Below are positions 1-13,808 of a stretch of 64,000 nt of DNA, piece after piece (positions within the stretch are counted from its first letter, which is position 1; every line of letters starts with the position of its first letter). The notes beneath the pieces were generated by a model. The model was given only the letters and a program-made list of their open reading frames with translations, was not told where the DNA came from and ran no database searches. Location: positions 1,116,001 through 1,180,000 of the forward strand of contig JANHCV010000003.1 of NCBI GenBank assembly GCA_025594325.1, given 5' to 3'. The DNA is from Blastocladiella emersonii ATCC 22665. Taxonomy: Eukaryota > Fungi > Blastocladiomycota. The translations under genes and the position numbers were made by a program.

Positions 1-1781
1 TGTGCCTCGAGCAGCTCGAAGGGCGGCGGGACGAGGTGATGGTGGTGCGGCGGGAGAGTCGCGTTGGTCGAGGTGGCGGGCGAGTTCGAGCCGTCATTAC
101 GGAGCGCGGGATCCGTGGAAGAGATACCGGTTGCTGCGGGCGACGCGGGGACCGTCGTCGTGCGGCCGGCGGGCGCGAGGTCCATGGGCGGCTGCACGTC
201 CTGGTTGACGGACGCAACATCGGCGCCGACCTTGCGCGTGTACGCCTCGGGCAGCTGGAGTGCGGCGTTGACGGCGATCCCGACGAGGAGGACGAGGACG
301 AGCCCGATAATGAGCGCGAGCGAGCGCATGAGCGTGGCGACGGGCTTGCTGGGCCGCTGGGACGCGACGAGCAGGGTGCCCATGGAGACGAGGGCGGCGC
401 CGGCGGCGAGGCCGAGCGAGGGCAGGTCGGCGTCGCCCGGGTTCACGACCATGGCGGTCTTGACGGCGGCCGACGTCAGGCACCGGTACGCGACGACGAC
501 GCCCGTCAGGTACATGAAGGTGGACTCGGCGCCGCTGGCCCACGGCTCGGCGGCCTTGAGGTTGGTGATGTTGGCGCCGCCGTCGTGCAGCAAGAAGAAG
601 GGCAGGAGCAGGTTCAGGGCCACGTCGGCGATCAGAAACTCCCACGAGCCCATGCGCAGGAACAGCAGCCGCACCGAGCCGCCGCTCCAGTCGTTGCACT
701 TGAGCGCCGACACGCCGTACGCGATCGAGAGAAGCTACACGCGCGCGAAGCTCGGTCAGCCCGGTTCGTGGTGCGGGGACAGGAAGTCGCGTACGAAGCT
801 CGTCGTCGCAATGACGGTGAAAATAGACCTTGGCGGGATCGAGAAGAGGGCGTGCGAGCGCTGGCGGTTGAGCTTGGACAGCTGGTACAGGAGCATGACG
901 ACGGCGAGGGCGCGCAGGACCGCGTCGAGGAACAGCACGCCGACGACGTGGGCCGAGTACTGCGGGTTCATGGCGAACAGGACGAGGTGCGCGCCCCAGC
1001 TCACGGCGAGCATGCCCATGAGGCGGAGCGGGGACAGGTAGTCGATGTAGACCGAGCTGTGGCGCAGACGCGGGTGTGAGCAGGGAGGATCGAGACCGCG
1101 AGGTACGCGGGGGAGCGCGTACTAGAAGAGACTCACGAAGAACGGCAGCCACGGGTTGTGCAGACCCATGAGGCTCGCGGATCGCAGCGAAAAGGATGCC
1201 CAGGCGAGCAGGACCTGGAGCGCGATCATGGGCGCCCAGTTCCACCCGAGGCGCAGCGTCTGCTCGTCACCATCACGGTCAGCTGCGGATGGCGATGCGG
1301 GCGACGCCAGCGCGGGGTCGATCCCAAAGTCAGCGAGCGGCGTGTGCGACCCGTGGCGCTGGTGCGTGGACGCGCGGTTGGGCCGGTCCGAGAAGGCGGA
1401 CGTGAGCCCGGTGCCGGACGGGTGCGGGCCGGCCTCGGCCATCTCAATGGACGCGGACGCGGTGCCGCCGCCGCCGGCGGTCCCGCCCCGACACGCGCCG
1501 TCGTTGGTGTCGTTGTCGTCGTCAGCGTGCAGCGTCGGGACGGACGAGTAGGGCGAGCGGTACGCGGCAGCGGCGGCCGAGTGCGGGTACCAGCGGTGGG
1601 CGGCGAGCGCGGCGAGGGCGACGAGCGCGTGCACGGCGAGCCCCTCGAGGTACTGGGTGTGCATGTAGGCGACGAGCGTGTGGCCGAGGTCCGTGTGCAC
1701 GTAGGCGGCGGCGAGCGCGCAGGCCATGGCGACGCCGCCGATGCGGCCGAGCACGCCGCGCTGGACGGGCGAGATGGACAT
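1..1781 (-). CDS. Multi-pass membrane protein of unknown family; 3' end runs off the window start
   Basis: ATG at 1781. Introns 1057-1122 and 735-794 (GTACGC...CAG/TAG) join three hydrophobic exons in frame (...WLPFFVSLFYSVYIDYLSPLRLMGMLAVSWG...). C/G-ending codon bias; no stop before base 1. Confidence 0.6.
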
Positions 1782-2289
1782 GGGCGTGGTCGTGGTCGGT
1801 GCGAGATCAGGGCGGAGGATGGATCGCGCGCGGCTCAGAATTCCATTGCAGTAAGCTAGGTGTCGGTGCGGGGCCGAGAAGGTGCGGCGCGGATGGGCGC
1901 GGATCAACGCGCGAGAGCGAGCGCGGTCCGCGAGGGAGGACAGGGACGAGGGCGGCGACCACGGCGGCGGTGGGCGTCGTCGACTGGTCGGCGGGTCTGC
2001 CTGGCCGCGACCGAAGCTCAAATCCTCCGCCACACCTTGTCTGCAGCTTGGAACCGTGCGAGGCATCTGACAGCGCCACACCCAGTTCGCGGGTTCAGGC
2101 TCCGTTGAGACTCACAGATCGCGGGCGAGGAGAGCTTGATGTGCGGAGGGGAATTGTATTCGAGAGGTGGTAGATGAAGGAGGGATCCCGCGAGCTGGGT
2201 GCCTGGCGCGGTGCGCGATGGCGCACGGAGCGGCTCCAACAACACGTGCGCAGGGCCGAGCGTCGCGGGAAGCAGGTAGGCGAGGCAGT

Positions 2290-2806
2290 TTAGACGTTGA
2301 CAAAGTTGCGCTCGAACTTGCCGAACGCCTTGGCGGGGTCGACGTAGTCGCCGAGGCCGTTCTCGACGATCTGGAGGGGACGCGGGCGAGCGAGAGGGTT
2401 AGTGGCGGTCCGAGGATCCAGCCGGCCATCAAGCGAGCGTACGTGTGGTGGGACGGCGGGGTTGCGCTCGAACTTGGTGCCAAAGGGCGACGTGGGGTCT
2501 ATACGCCGGGGATACGGCAGCAGGCGCAGGGTCAGCGGTCCATTGCATAGCGCTTACTCCGGTTGGTGCAAACGGACAGCGGTAGGGCTCGGGGTGGGCC
2601 GTCTCGGCGAGCTTGGCCTCGGTGGCCTTGATGATCTCGGCGAGGCGCTTGGCGTTGTGCACGTCGCGGTTCTCCTCGAACATGTAGCGGATGTGGACGG
2701 CCGACTGGCGGAAGCCCTCGCGCGTCGTCGACCAGTCAAAGGCCGAGCGCAGCGCGCGGCGGTACAGCTGGCGGACGTGCGCCACGTGCGGGGTCATGGA
2801 CGACAT
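2290..2806 (-). CDS. NDUFB9: Complex I accessory subunit B22/NI2M (LYR family)
   Basis: LYRRALR motif. Introns 2499-2577 and 2371-2442 restore HPEPYRYPTSPFGTKFERNP, the typical NDUFB9 motif. TAA at 2290. Confidence 0.9.
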
Positions 2807-3094
2807 GGCGGTGGCGGCGATCGTGGTTCGTTCGTGATGCGTTGCAGGGCGTCGTTGCGGCGAGTGGCAGCGCGCGAGTCGTCGTCGTCTCCCGAACCGA
2901 TCGGTGCCGATGCAAAGGGGCGAGGCCCGGCACGGCAACGGCCGCGGCGAGGGAGGCTGAAGGTGTTGGAGCGGCGCCGCGTGACCTCAGCGTGCGCTCG
3001 CGTCGCTCCCGTCAGCCCGCTCGACGACCACTTGCTCGAGTTCCTCGAAGCGATCCACGCTCTTCAACGCAACGACGACCACGCGCACCACACC

Positions 3095-4798
3095 ATGTAC
3101 TCGCTCGGAAGCACCACCAGCACGCGCGGCGGGCAGCAGCACTCGCTCGAGCTGGCCGAGTTCCAGGTCGTGATCCTGGCCGGCCCGGGCGCCTCGCTGC
3201 AGCCCCTGACCACCGGCACCCCGAAGGCGCTGCTCCCGCTCGCCGGCAAGCCCATGCTGCACTATGCCCTACAGTGGGTCGAGGCCAGCGGCATCAAGGG
3301 TCTGTTCTCGTAAACCCGCGTCTCTCACACGCGCGTGCCGCTAACGGATCCCGATCCGCTCGATAGACATCCTCGTGGTCGCGGCGCAGTCGGGCGCCGA
3401 TCTCGTCAACGCGTACGTGCGCACGCTCGACGCGGCGCGCCGGCCCGAGGTGGCGGCCGTCGACGACAAGCTCGGGTCGGCCGAGGCGCTCCGCCGCGTG
3501 CGCGACAAGCTGCGCTCCCACGTCGTCGTCATGTCGGTCGACAGCGTGCCGACGGACCCGCTGGCCGTGCTGCTTGACCAGTTCCGCATCCACGACGCGG
3601 CTGCGATCGGCCTGTATTTCGCGTCGGACGCGCCCGACCACCTCGTCGGCCTCGCGCCGCTCGACACGGCGACGACCGCCGCGTCCGCCGGCATCACGAC
3701 CACCACCGCCAAATCCGCGGTGCAGCGGCTCGTGCAGTCGACGCCGCTCGCGGCGCTCGCCAAGTCATCGGCGGGCCTGCCCGTGCGCATGGACCTGATG
3801 CGCGCGTTCCCGTCGGTGCGCATGCAGAAGCTGCTCGACGGCCACGTCTACGTGCTGCGCCGGTGGGTGCTCGACGTGCTGCTGCAGGACGCGACGGCCG
3901 CCGACGACAAGGTGGCGGCCGCCGTGTCGCTGCAGCGCGACGCGCTCGCGCTCCTGACCAAGGCCCAGTACGCCGTGTCGGCGCGCGCGCTGTTCGCCGA
4001 GCCCGAGTCGGACGGGTCGAGCAAGGGCGACGGGCTCGACGTGGCGGCCGACGACGCCGCGGCGTCGACGCTCGCCGAGGACCACGACATGGCGCTCGTC
4101 GGGCTCGCGCCGCCCAAGACGCGCCGCCAGACCCCGCTCGTCCTCGCGTACGTGAGCAGCCGCGCCGGGTCGGGCGACGCGGGCGCCGACGGCGCTGTCG
4201 CCTCGGCGGGCGGTGCCACGGGCGCGTCGACCCCCGCGGCCCTCCTCGGCAGCACCGACGCGCTGTCGGGCGCGGTCGCGTCGCTCAGCCTGCACCACCA
4301 CGCCGGCGCGCCCCTGTACCAGCAGCTGGCGCAGCTCGGGTACAGCGGGCTGCGGGCGCAGTCGGCGGCGAGCTACGCCGAGGTGAACCGCGGGCTCGCG
4401 CGGGTCGTCCCGGACCGGATCGCGAGCACGGCCAACATCAGCGCGCGGTCGCAGGTCGGGCCCGACTCGACGGTCGGCGACAGCACGACCATGGGCGACC
4501 GGTGCAGCGTCAAGAAGTCGGTGGTCGGCGCGCACTGCACGATCGGGCGCGGCGTCAAGCTCGTCAACTGCGTGATCATGGACCACGCCGTCGTCGAGGA
4601 TAACGCCAAGCTCGAGGGCACCATCGTGTGCGCGCACGGCAAGGTCGGCGAGAAGTGCGATCTCCGCGACTCGGTCGTCGCGGCGCGCGTTGCGGTGCCG
4701 CGTGAGAGTACGTTTCGTTGTGGTTTCGAGCGGTGTGGACGAGGACTAACTCGCGTGCGTGCGGTGTAGCGGTGGCCCGGAACGAGCGCTACGTGTAA
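3095..4798 (+). CDS. GCD1: Translation initiation factor eIF2B gamma subunit
   Basis: N-terminal nucleotidyltransferase-like FQVVILAGPG...PKALLPLAGKPMLHYALQW; C-terminal hexapeptide beta-helix (VKKSVVGAHCTIGRGVKLVNCVIMD). Introns 3300-3366 and 4708-4769. Confidence 0.85.
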
Positions 4799-5566
4799 GG
4801 CTCGCGGCCGGCTCGACTGGCAGCACTTTGCGTAAGAGAAAGAAACAGAGATCCCTTAGTAGTTCTAGCGCGCCGAGGACGAGACGCGGTGTGAGGCAAC
4901 ACGACGTGAGCCGAGAGACGCGTTCCGGGCAGCGTTCCGGGAGCAAACCGGAGTGACGCGGTGATCACGCGTGCTTCCCGAACCTGATGCAGCTCGTTCG
5001 CTCGCGCAAAGCGATGCGATTCGACAGCCGACAGCTGCAGGCGTGTCCGCGGCTCTCAGGTTGTCCCCGCAAACATCAGATCTCCGGCCGCACCCCCTCG
5101 GTCCGCGCCCTGCCGACCCGCTGCACCGGAGGTGCATGTCTCCGACCGACCCGCCGCGCTGCCGCCGACGCTGACGACCCGTCACCCCCTCCCACATCGC
5201 TCGTCACCCCTCTCGCGACTCGCTGCACTGGCCGCGTCGTCCCGCTAGCCCGCACCGATTCCAACGACCGCGCGCGCCGTGTCTCGAGAGCATCGCGCAT
5301 CCCGCCTGGCTGCATCCCGCGTCCCACACGCACGATCTGGTGCCTGCGGTTCGCTCCGCTGCATCGGCTCCACGCCTGCCCTGCTCCCGCCGCTAGCTCC
5401 ACTGCTGTCTCGCATCCATCGTGCGCGGCCCTCGATCCCCGCCGGCCTGCCTCGGATCGCATCCACGCTCCCTGCCCTGCCTGTCTCATACCCGCGCCGC
5501 GCCGTCCGTTGACCCCCCTCGCCATCGCCGTCGTCCTCGCGCACCGCTCCCGCCTTGCGCTGAACC

Positions 5567-8500
5567 ATGGACCCGAACGCTGGAGGGACAGCGCCTGCCG
5601 CGCAACCGCCGCCGACGCCGCCCGCGGGCTCCGAGCCGGCCCCGGCCACCGTGAGCCCATCGACCGCTGCGGGCCCACCCATCGCCTCGGCCGACGCCGG
5701 TGCGAGCGGTGCTGCTCCCTCGACCCAGCCCGGCCCCTCGCCGACCGATGCTGGCCCGCGTGACGCGTCGCACCCGCCGCCCTCGCTGGCGCAGCCGACC
5801 GCGCTCGCGACCGGCGCGGCCACGACGCGTCCGCTCGGCCCGCTGCCCTCGCTCACGACCGGCGCCTACGCCCCGCCGCCCAACGCCCACCTCCCGCCGC
5901 CGCGCCCGCGCGAGTTCCAGCAACAGCAGCAACAGCAGCCGCACTACTACGTCGGACCGCCCGGACCCGGATCCGGCTACGCGAGCGGGTCCAGCAGCAC
6001 CGCGCAGCTCGCGTCCCCCGTGGACGCGGGTCCCCGCCCGCCGCTGCCGCCGCCACAGCCTTCGTCGGCCGCTCGCCACTCGCACCCGCACCACCACCAA
6101 CAGCAGCACCCGCAACAGCAGCGTCACCATCACCACTACCCGCAATACGCCGGCGACACGCACCATCATCAGCATACGCAGCAGCAGCAGCAGCAGCATC
6201 TGCCGCCGCCCCCGCTGCCCTCCTCCTCGTCCGCTGCGACCGCGCCGCCCCACTACCACCACCACCATCACCAGCAGCAGCAGCACCTGCAGCAACCGCC
6301 GCCGCAGCCTGCCCAGGGCTACCCGCCGCCCTACTCGACCGGCCCGCCGCCCCCTGCCGGCTACGCCCACCCGGCGCAGCAGCAGCAGCAACAGCAGCCG
6401 CCCCACCTGTACTCGGCGCCGGCCTCCTCGTCGTTTGCCGCACCGCAACAGCAGCATCACCCGCATCATCCGCACCCTCAGCAGCAGGCCGCCTCGAGCC
6501 TCTCGCAGTCGCAGCAGCAGCAGCAGATCGCCTACGCCCACCACCCGCGACCGCACATGAACGGCCCCGGTCCCGGCCCCGCGCCGGGCTCCCACGCGCC
6601 GGTGCAGCAGCACCACGGCATGCCGTCGTCGTCGTCGACCTCGGGTCCGCGCCCGCCACCACCGCCCGGCGCGCACCCGCACTACGCCGGTGGCTCCGGG
6701 AACGGATCGGCGTACCCGCAGTCGTCGGCCGCCTCGGCGCTCTCGACCTCGCGCGCCCCGCCACCACCGCACCAGTACTACCAGGGCCGCCCCGTGCCCG
6801 CCGCGTCCGGCAGCTACCACCACCCGCCGTCGCAGTCTCAGGGGCAGCCGCCGCCCTCGGCCTCGCCGCCCCACGGCCCGCCGCTCCCGCTCTCGCCCTC
6901 CTCGGCGCCCTCGCCCTACGTGCACCCCGGCCTGCTGCCCCCGCCGCCGCTGCCCTCGCAGCACCAGCGCCGCCAGTCGGCCAGTACCGACGCCGGATCG
7001 CGCCAGTCGTCCTCGGCCCTTGGATCGCCGCGTGCGGGCTCCGTCTCGCAGGCGCTCGCGTCGCCGTCGCTGCAGCCCGGCGGCGCCAAGAAGGGCGGGA
7101 ACGCGAACCAGAACGCCGCCGCGACGGCCGCGGCGCTCGCCCGCGGTAACTCGGCCAAGAACAAGCGCCAGCGCGCGGTCAGCACCCACGGCCGCACGGA
7201 CGATGAGGGGCATGGACGTGCACCAAAGTCGGCCAAGGTACGCTCTCGCTTCCCTCGTCTCTCTTGTCAAGCACCGACGGCTGACCTCTCCCAAACTCGA
7301 TCCGTAGACGGGCAACAGCAACCACGCCTCGCCCGCGCACTCGGCCGCGCCGTCGCTCTCCGGCACCTCCGCCTCGACGGCCGTCTCGTCGCCCGTCCCC
7401 GCGCGCTCGCGCCAGGCGAGCAGCGCGACCACCGTGACCGCGCCACCGTCGGGCCACCCGACCCCACTGCTTACGGGCAAGGACGGCGGCGCCATGCTCT
7501 CGTCCACCACCTCGCCGTACCGGGCGTCGGCCACCACGGACCCGTCGCTTCCACCGCACCCGGCCGACCTGCTCGACGAGGCCGGCATCGAGCCCGAGGA
7601 CACGGGCGAGATCCGGTGCATCTGCGGCGTCACCGACGACGACGGGTACACGATCCAGTGCGACCGGTGCCTCGTGTGGCAGCACGCCGTGTGCGTCGGC
7701 ATCCACCGCGAGAACGAGCCCGAACACTACTACTGCGACCGGTGCCACCCGCGCGAGCTCGACGTCCGCCGCGCCGTCAACCACCAGCGCCGACTCGCGC
7801 GGTCCCGCGGGAGCGACTCGGGCGTCCCCGCTGGGTCGGGCGGTGCGTCGAGCTCCGGTGCCGTAGTCGGGTCTGCCGCCATCGCCTCGGGCGCCGTCGT
7901 TGTCGGACCCGGCGGCGTCGTTGCCGCGGGCTCCGTCGCGACCGCCGCGGCCGTCCTCGGCCAGCTCGGCGGGTCCTCGACCAGTCTCGCGGGAAGCGAC
8001 GCCGACCGCAACGGCGACGGGAGCGGACCCGCGATCTCGTCCGCCAACGGCTCGCCCGTCATTGGCGGCGCCGGGTCCAAGCGCAAGGGCCAGGCCGCCG
8101 GCCAGGGCAGCAACCAGGGCGCCAAGCGCGGTCAGGCGGGCGCCACGGCGCGCGGTGACGGCGGGGTCGAGAAGAAGCGCGGCAAGAAGGCCAAGACCGG
8201 GTCCGCGGCCGCCGCTGCTGCAGCTGCTGCCGCCGCGGCTGCGGCCATGGCCCAGTCGGGCGATGCGCCTTCCGGCCCGCTCCTCCCGCCGCTCCCGGCC
8301 TCGGTCGCGCGCCTCAAGGGCCAGAACCAGGCCGCGCTGCCGCCCGGCGTCCACGCCGTCGGGTCGATCCCCGCGACCACGCCACGCCACTTCACCGACA
8401 TGAGCGCCGAGCCCGGCGACGACACCGAGGTCGAGGAGGCCCTCAGCGGCGCCGAGGACGGCGACTCGCCCGGCCGCCACCCGCTCATGGTCCCCGTGTC

Positions 8501-11500
8501 GGCCGCCAACCCGTCGCTGCTCGCCGCCGCGGTCCTGCAGGGCCAGCGCGTGGATCTCGACCGCCGCGTCCACCCGGCCTACTCGCTCCTCTCGCGCGAC
8601 TACCAGATGGCGCTCGCGGCGTCCACCATCGCCCCCGCCCACGCCACGTACATCCACCAGCTCCTCATGCAGGCGATCCCCGACCCCGAGGTCGGCCTCA
8701 CCGTCGTCACGGACCCCGACGCCGACGCGTTCCACGGGCCCGCGGCCGTCGCGAAACGCGTCCCCGTCCGCACCTTTGCCGCCGCGCCCGAGCCCATGAC
8801 GTGCCTCCTCGTCACCACCGTCGCGAATGCCGGCGCCGAGCTCGGCCCGCTCCCGCTCCCGTTCGCCGCGTCGGCCGTGTCGAGCCACGCGGCCAACAAC
8901 CGCGCGCGCCAGAACACCGGCGGCAACAACGCGGGTGCGCGTGGCGGGAGCCGGCTGAGCGGGAACGGTGGTACCCCCATCAACCTCCCCGACGCCGTCA
9001 CCGCGGGCTGCGTCAACGGCGTCTCGTTTCCATCGCTCCTCCCCGCGCTCCCCTCGAGCGAGACCGGCGCGGCCGATCCCCCTGCCGCCAACGACGCTGC
9101 CGCCGCGTCCATCAACATGATCACGCCCACGGCCACGGTCGAAGCGGGCGCCGTCGTCGTCGAGTACGTCGGGCGCATCGTGCCCGCGTCGCAGCACCCG
9201 CACATGCTGTCACCCTTCTCGCTGCAGGTGCCCGGGCTCCCGCTCATCGTCGACGCGACCCAGGACTGCAACGTGGCGCGGTTCTGCCACCGCGCGTGTG
9301 CCGGCAACCTCGCGCCGCATGCGTACGTCCGCCGCGGGGCCGCGCTCAAGCGCGGTACCGAATTGGGATCGGCGACGGGCGGCGGCACGCCCGCGACGCT
9401 GTCCCCGCTCGCCGTCGGCATGGTCGCGACCCGCGACATCCAGCCCAACGAGCCCCTGTCGCTCGCGTGGTCGCAGGCCGAGCTCGCGCTCCTCGCCACG
9501 CCCGGCCAGTGCAAGCCCGAGCCCAACTCGTACCTCCTCTTCGAGTGCATCTCCTGCCCGCTCGCCGCCTACGCGTCGTGCGCCCTGTACAAGGCGCTCG
9601 CCAAGAACCCCGCCCTCGCCATCGTCCCCGTCACCACGCAACCCATCGTTGACCCGACCGCCTACGTCGCCGCGGCGGCCGCGGCCGCGGCACCCGTCCC
9701 GAGCCGCAAGTCGGGCGGGACCGCGGCGTCGAGCAAACCCGGGTCCCCGCGGTTTGGGCTCGGTAACGCCGCGACCGCCGGCAACGACTTCATGTCCGGG
9801 CTCGCGGTCCTCGCGGGCGCCGCGCTCGCGGCCGCGGGCCCGTCGGCGTCCGCGTTGTCCAAGCAGGCCAACGGCGGCGGCGGCGGCGGTAACCACGGGC
9901 GGCGCCAGTCCGTCTCTGCCCGCGGCGGGTCGCCCGCCACCGGCCTCCTCGGATCCAACACGCCCGGTTTCACGCCGTCTGCCTCGGCCTCGGTCTCGTC
10001 GCTCCCCGGCTACGGCCTCGCGGGCGGCATGGGCGGCGCCGGCGCCGCCGAGCTCACGCCCATCGTCTCGGACTCGGAGCTCGCCGGCGACGACTGCGAG
10101 CTCGAGGGCGAGGAGCGTCTGCGCGCGCACGAGCGCAGCCTCATGACTGCGATCGCCCTGATCCAGGACCGCGTCCGTAAACGCGCCGAGGCCGCGGCCG
10201 CCGCGGCGGCGGCTGCTGCTGCCGGGTCGAGCACCGATAGCGATGCCTCGAGCACCGACGACGACGAGGAGGTCGACGTCGGCGACCGCCGTGCCGCGAA
10301 GCGCCAGAAGCGGAAACGCAACGGTCGCGGGAAACCCGTGCTCCTCGATATCCTCGCCGACCGCTCCGACGACTCGGACGACGAGCGCCCGTTCCGCGTC
10401 CGCGTCAACACCATCAAGGTCGTCCCCGCCCAGGCCATCGCGGGGCGGTGGGACCCGGCGCGCGCGGGGTCCGGCCGTGCGCAGGTCCCGGCTGTCGCCG
10501 CGGCGCGCGATCGCGTCGCGGTCGGCAAGCGCGCGTGGCGCAAGCAGTTTGCGCCTCGTTCGCCGCCGCCCCCAACGTCGTCGCCGCCCGCCACGGCCGA
10601 GCAGGCGTCGTCGTCGTCGTCGTCGGCCACGGTCTCGCTCCCGTCCTCGGCGGGCACCGCGCCTGCGACCGATGCGCGTGGGACGTCTCCGTTCCCCGCT
10701 GCACCTGCGCCCGCGCCCGCTGCCGTCGCTCCCGCCCCTGTGCGACGCGAGCGGAAACAGTCGGCGCTCTCGGTCAAGCCGCCCGCCACGGCGGCGCCGC
10801 TCCCCGCGCCTCGTCCGCCTAAGCCGTCCGTCCCGGAGCAGGACGAGGAGCAGGACCAGGACCTCGACGTCGTCAACGTGTCGCGCGCGCCGTCGCCCGT
10901 CGCCATGAACGTCGACAGTTCGCGCCCACCACTCCCCGCTCCTGCTCCTGCGAGCTCGGCCGCCGCCTCGACAAAATCGACGCCGCCCTCGTCCGCCCCG
11001 CTCAAACCCCTCCCTATCCCGCCGCCGCTCACGTCGCCTATCCCGCCGCTCCCGCTCCGCGTGCCCACGCCCGGCCGCGCTCCAACTACCGCTGGCGCGA
11101 GTCCCGCGTCCTCGTCGCGCAACTCGCCGCTCCCGCCACTACCCGTCCCCGCGGCTGGTACCGTTCCTGTGAGTGGTGCCGCTGCGAAAGCAGGCGCGGC
11201 AGCGAGTCTCCGCAGCCCGCCGCCGCAGCGCAAGCGCATGCCGTCGACGTCGTCGCTGTCGCACTCGCTCGCGTCGCCATCTCCCGCCGATCCCAAGGCG
11301 GCCGCGCCGACCGCGACGCCCGTTTCGGCGCCTGCGAGCCGCGCGCTCCCCGCGCCGTCGCCGCGTGCCGCGAGCGAGGACGGTGCCAAGCTCAAGAGCC
11401 CGCCCCGTGTCGCGCGGCCCGCGTCGGCTGCTGTCGATAAGGACGCCCCACCTCGGTCCGCGCCGGCCAAGTCGGTCGGCGACAAGGACGGCGGTGCCGG

Positions 11501-13747
11501 CGAGTCCAGTGGTACGCCCAAGCGCTCGCGCTCCGCGTCGTCGCTCTCGGCCGGGTTGACGGTCACGTCGCGCCCTGCGCCAGGTACGCTCGCTCTATTG
11601 CTCGAATTTGGCGGTGCACGATGGCTAACTCTCGACTCTTCGATTTAGAAGTCGTGGACAGTCTCGGTCTCGCACGGCCCACGCCCAAGAGCCCGCTCCC
11701 CGTCGCGCCGCTCCCATCCAAGTCGGCCGACCGCACGCCGCGGCCACCTGCCGTTAGCACGCCCGAGCGGCGTGAGCGCGAACGGGAACGGGAACGCGAT
11801 CGTGACCGCGACCGCGACCGCGACCGCGACCGTGAGCGTGGACGTGAGCGCGATCGCGACCGTGACCATGATCGTGAGCGCGAACGCGAGCGCACGCCCA
11901 AGGCCTCTGCGTCCGCGGCTGCGACCGGTCGCCGCTCGTCGATCCCCTCCATCGGCACCGAGACATCGGCGTCGTCCGCGCAGTCCCAGCCACCGCTGCC
12001 CGTCCGCGAGAAGCGGCGGCAGAGCGACTCGGGCCCGAGCTCCGCGTCGATCCGGTCTCCGCCGCGCGCGAGCGGTGAGGGGTCGTCTTCGACCAAGCTC
12101 GTCCCGCCCTCATCGTCGTCGTCCTCGTCGCACGGCGAGCGGAGACGAGTCGAGTCGACTCGCGCTTCCGCAGCCGCTCCCGCATCGGCCTCGCCGAGTT
12201 CCTCCAAGCCCTCGTCAGTAGCCGCAACAGCGCCGGGTTCCGCACCTGCGCTCGCCTCCAAGTCGACGTCGGCCCAGCAGGGCGAGCGTAAACGCGGTCC
12301 GCCACCCGCCTCGTCGCGTGCGACGGAGCAGGTGCCGGCAGCGTCTGCCAAGTCGTCCAGCACCGCGCCTCCAACATCTGCTGCCGCGCCCGCGCCCGCG
12401 CCCGCGCCTCCGCGTGGCGAACGGAAACGGCTCGAATCGACACAGTCGAGCGACACGACTGCTGCTCCCGCGCTCGCGCCACTCCCGGCGCTGCCCAAGC
12501 CGGGTGAGCAGCCGGCGTCGTCGCGGCCCGCGTCGGCCAAGGAGAAGCCCGCGCTCCCGCTGCCCAAACCCGCCGACGACAAGCCCCTGGTTCCGCTGCC
12601 GAAACCGGCCGGCGAGAAGCCCGCGGCCGCGCAGGCCAAGCCCGCTGACGAGAAGCCGGCTGCACCACGGCTTCTTCTTTCCGGCGAGAAGCCAGCGCCC
12701 GCGTCACCGCCTCGTGTCGCGGCACCAGCGCCCGCTCCCGCATCTGCCGCGGCAGTGGTGGCTCTCGTTCCTACGGCGGTGGCCTCGGCCTCGACCACCT
12801 CGGTGCCCGAACCCGCCCCTGCACCCGCTTCAACTCGTGCACCAGAAGTCGTCGCCTCCCCGCCGCCTGCGTCCAAGGTCAGCTCGCCGCCGCCGCCGCC
12901 ACCCGCGACCAAGCTGGCCGACGATGCGCCCCGGCCACCACCCGTCGAGGCTCAGCCTGCGGTTGCTGCACTTCCCGCTCCCGCACCAGCGCCAGCACTC
13001 GCACCGACGGCCGAGTCGGCCAAGTCCCCCGCAGCTGCTGTCGAGGCGGCACCCAAAACCGTCGAGCGCGAGTCCAAGCCCGCCGCCGCTGTTCCTGCAC
13101 CTCCCGCACTTGTGCCCGCGACAGCAGCCGCTCCCGCACCTACGCCAGCACCTGCCGATCCAGCTGCTCCCGCTCCAGCGGCAGCCGCGAAACCAGCCGC
13201 CGCTGACGCCGCGCCCAAGGACCCGACCCCCGCCGCCGCTCTCAAGGACGCGGCTCCGCCATCTGCTCCCGCTGCGCCCGTCGCGGTACCGACCGCCAGC
13301 CCACCTCCGCCATCCTCGTCCGCGCCGCGTGCTCCCGCTCCGAGCACAAGCGCGCCCGCGCCCGCCGCCGCGCCGGTCCGCGGGTCCACGCCCGTGCTCG
13401 CCGCGACCGTAGCGGCCTCGGCCGTGGCGCCCGCGCTGCCGAGCCCTGGTGCGGCGCCCAAGCGGTTCTCGCTCAAGGACTACAAGAAGAAGCTGACGCA
13501 GCGGACGGCCGCGGCTACGACGACGTCGGCTTCCGCTGCGGGGACTGGCACGTTCTCGGTCGGGTCGTCGCCTGCGCCCGAAGCTCCTCCCGCGGACACA
13601 GCAGCGACGACGGACGACGTGGCAGGAACAACAACGCGTGCGGCGGCGGCAGGGCTACCCGCGCGGCCAACGTCGCCCGTCCGCGTTGTCCCGCCGAGCA
13701 CCACCGCGCCGGCGGCACCGAGTGAAGGCGAGGCCAAGGGCGAGTAA
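5567..13747 (+). CDS. PHD finger + degenerate SET domain protein, Set3/Set4/MLL5-like, about 2,680 aa, mostly low complexity
   Basis: Introns 7238-7307 and 11584-11648 join the three long ORFs in frame. PHD IRCICGVTDDDGYTIQCDRCLVWQHAVC; SET remnants VVEYVG, DATQDCNVARFCHRAC, MVATRDI; C-terminal KRFSLKDYKKKL resembles the Set3-family tail. Confidence 0.8.
11768..11893 (+). repeat. Coding hexamer repeat, (GACCGC/GAGCGC)n, encoding an RE/RD mixed-charge tract
   Basis: Translates as RRERERERERDRDRDRDRDRDRERGRERDRDRDHDRERERER in exon 3 of the PHD-SET gene. Confidence 0.9.
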
Positions 13748-13808
13748 AAGTGATGATTTTGGACTATTTTGATTGATAAACGATGTGATATTGCTACCTC
13801 CTCCCGCC

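Noticed and set aside
5920-6530. (CAG)n and (CAC)n runs as separate microsatellite loci
   Set aside because: They are the coding poly-Gln/His tracts of the PHD-SET gene and are already explained.
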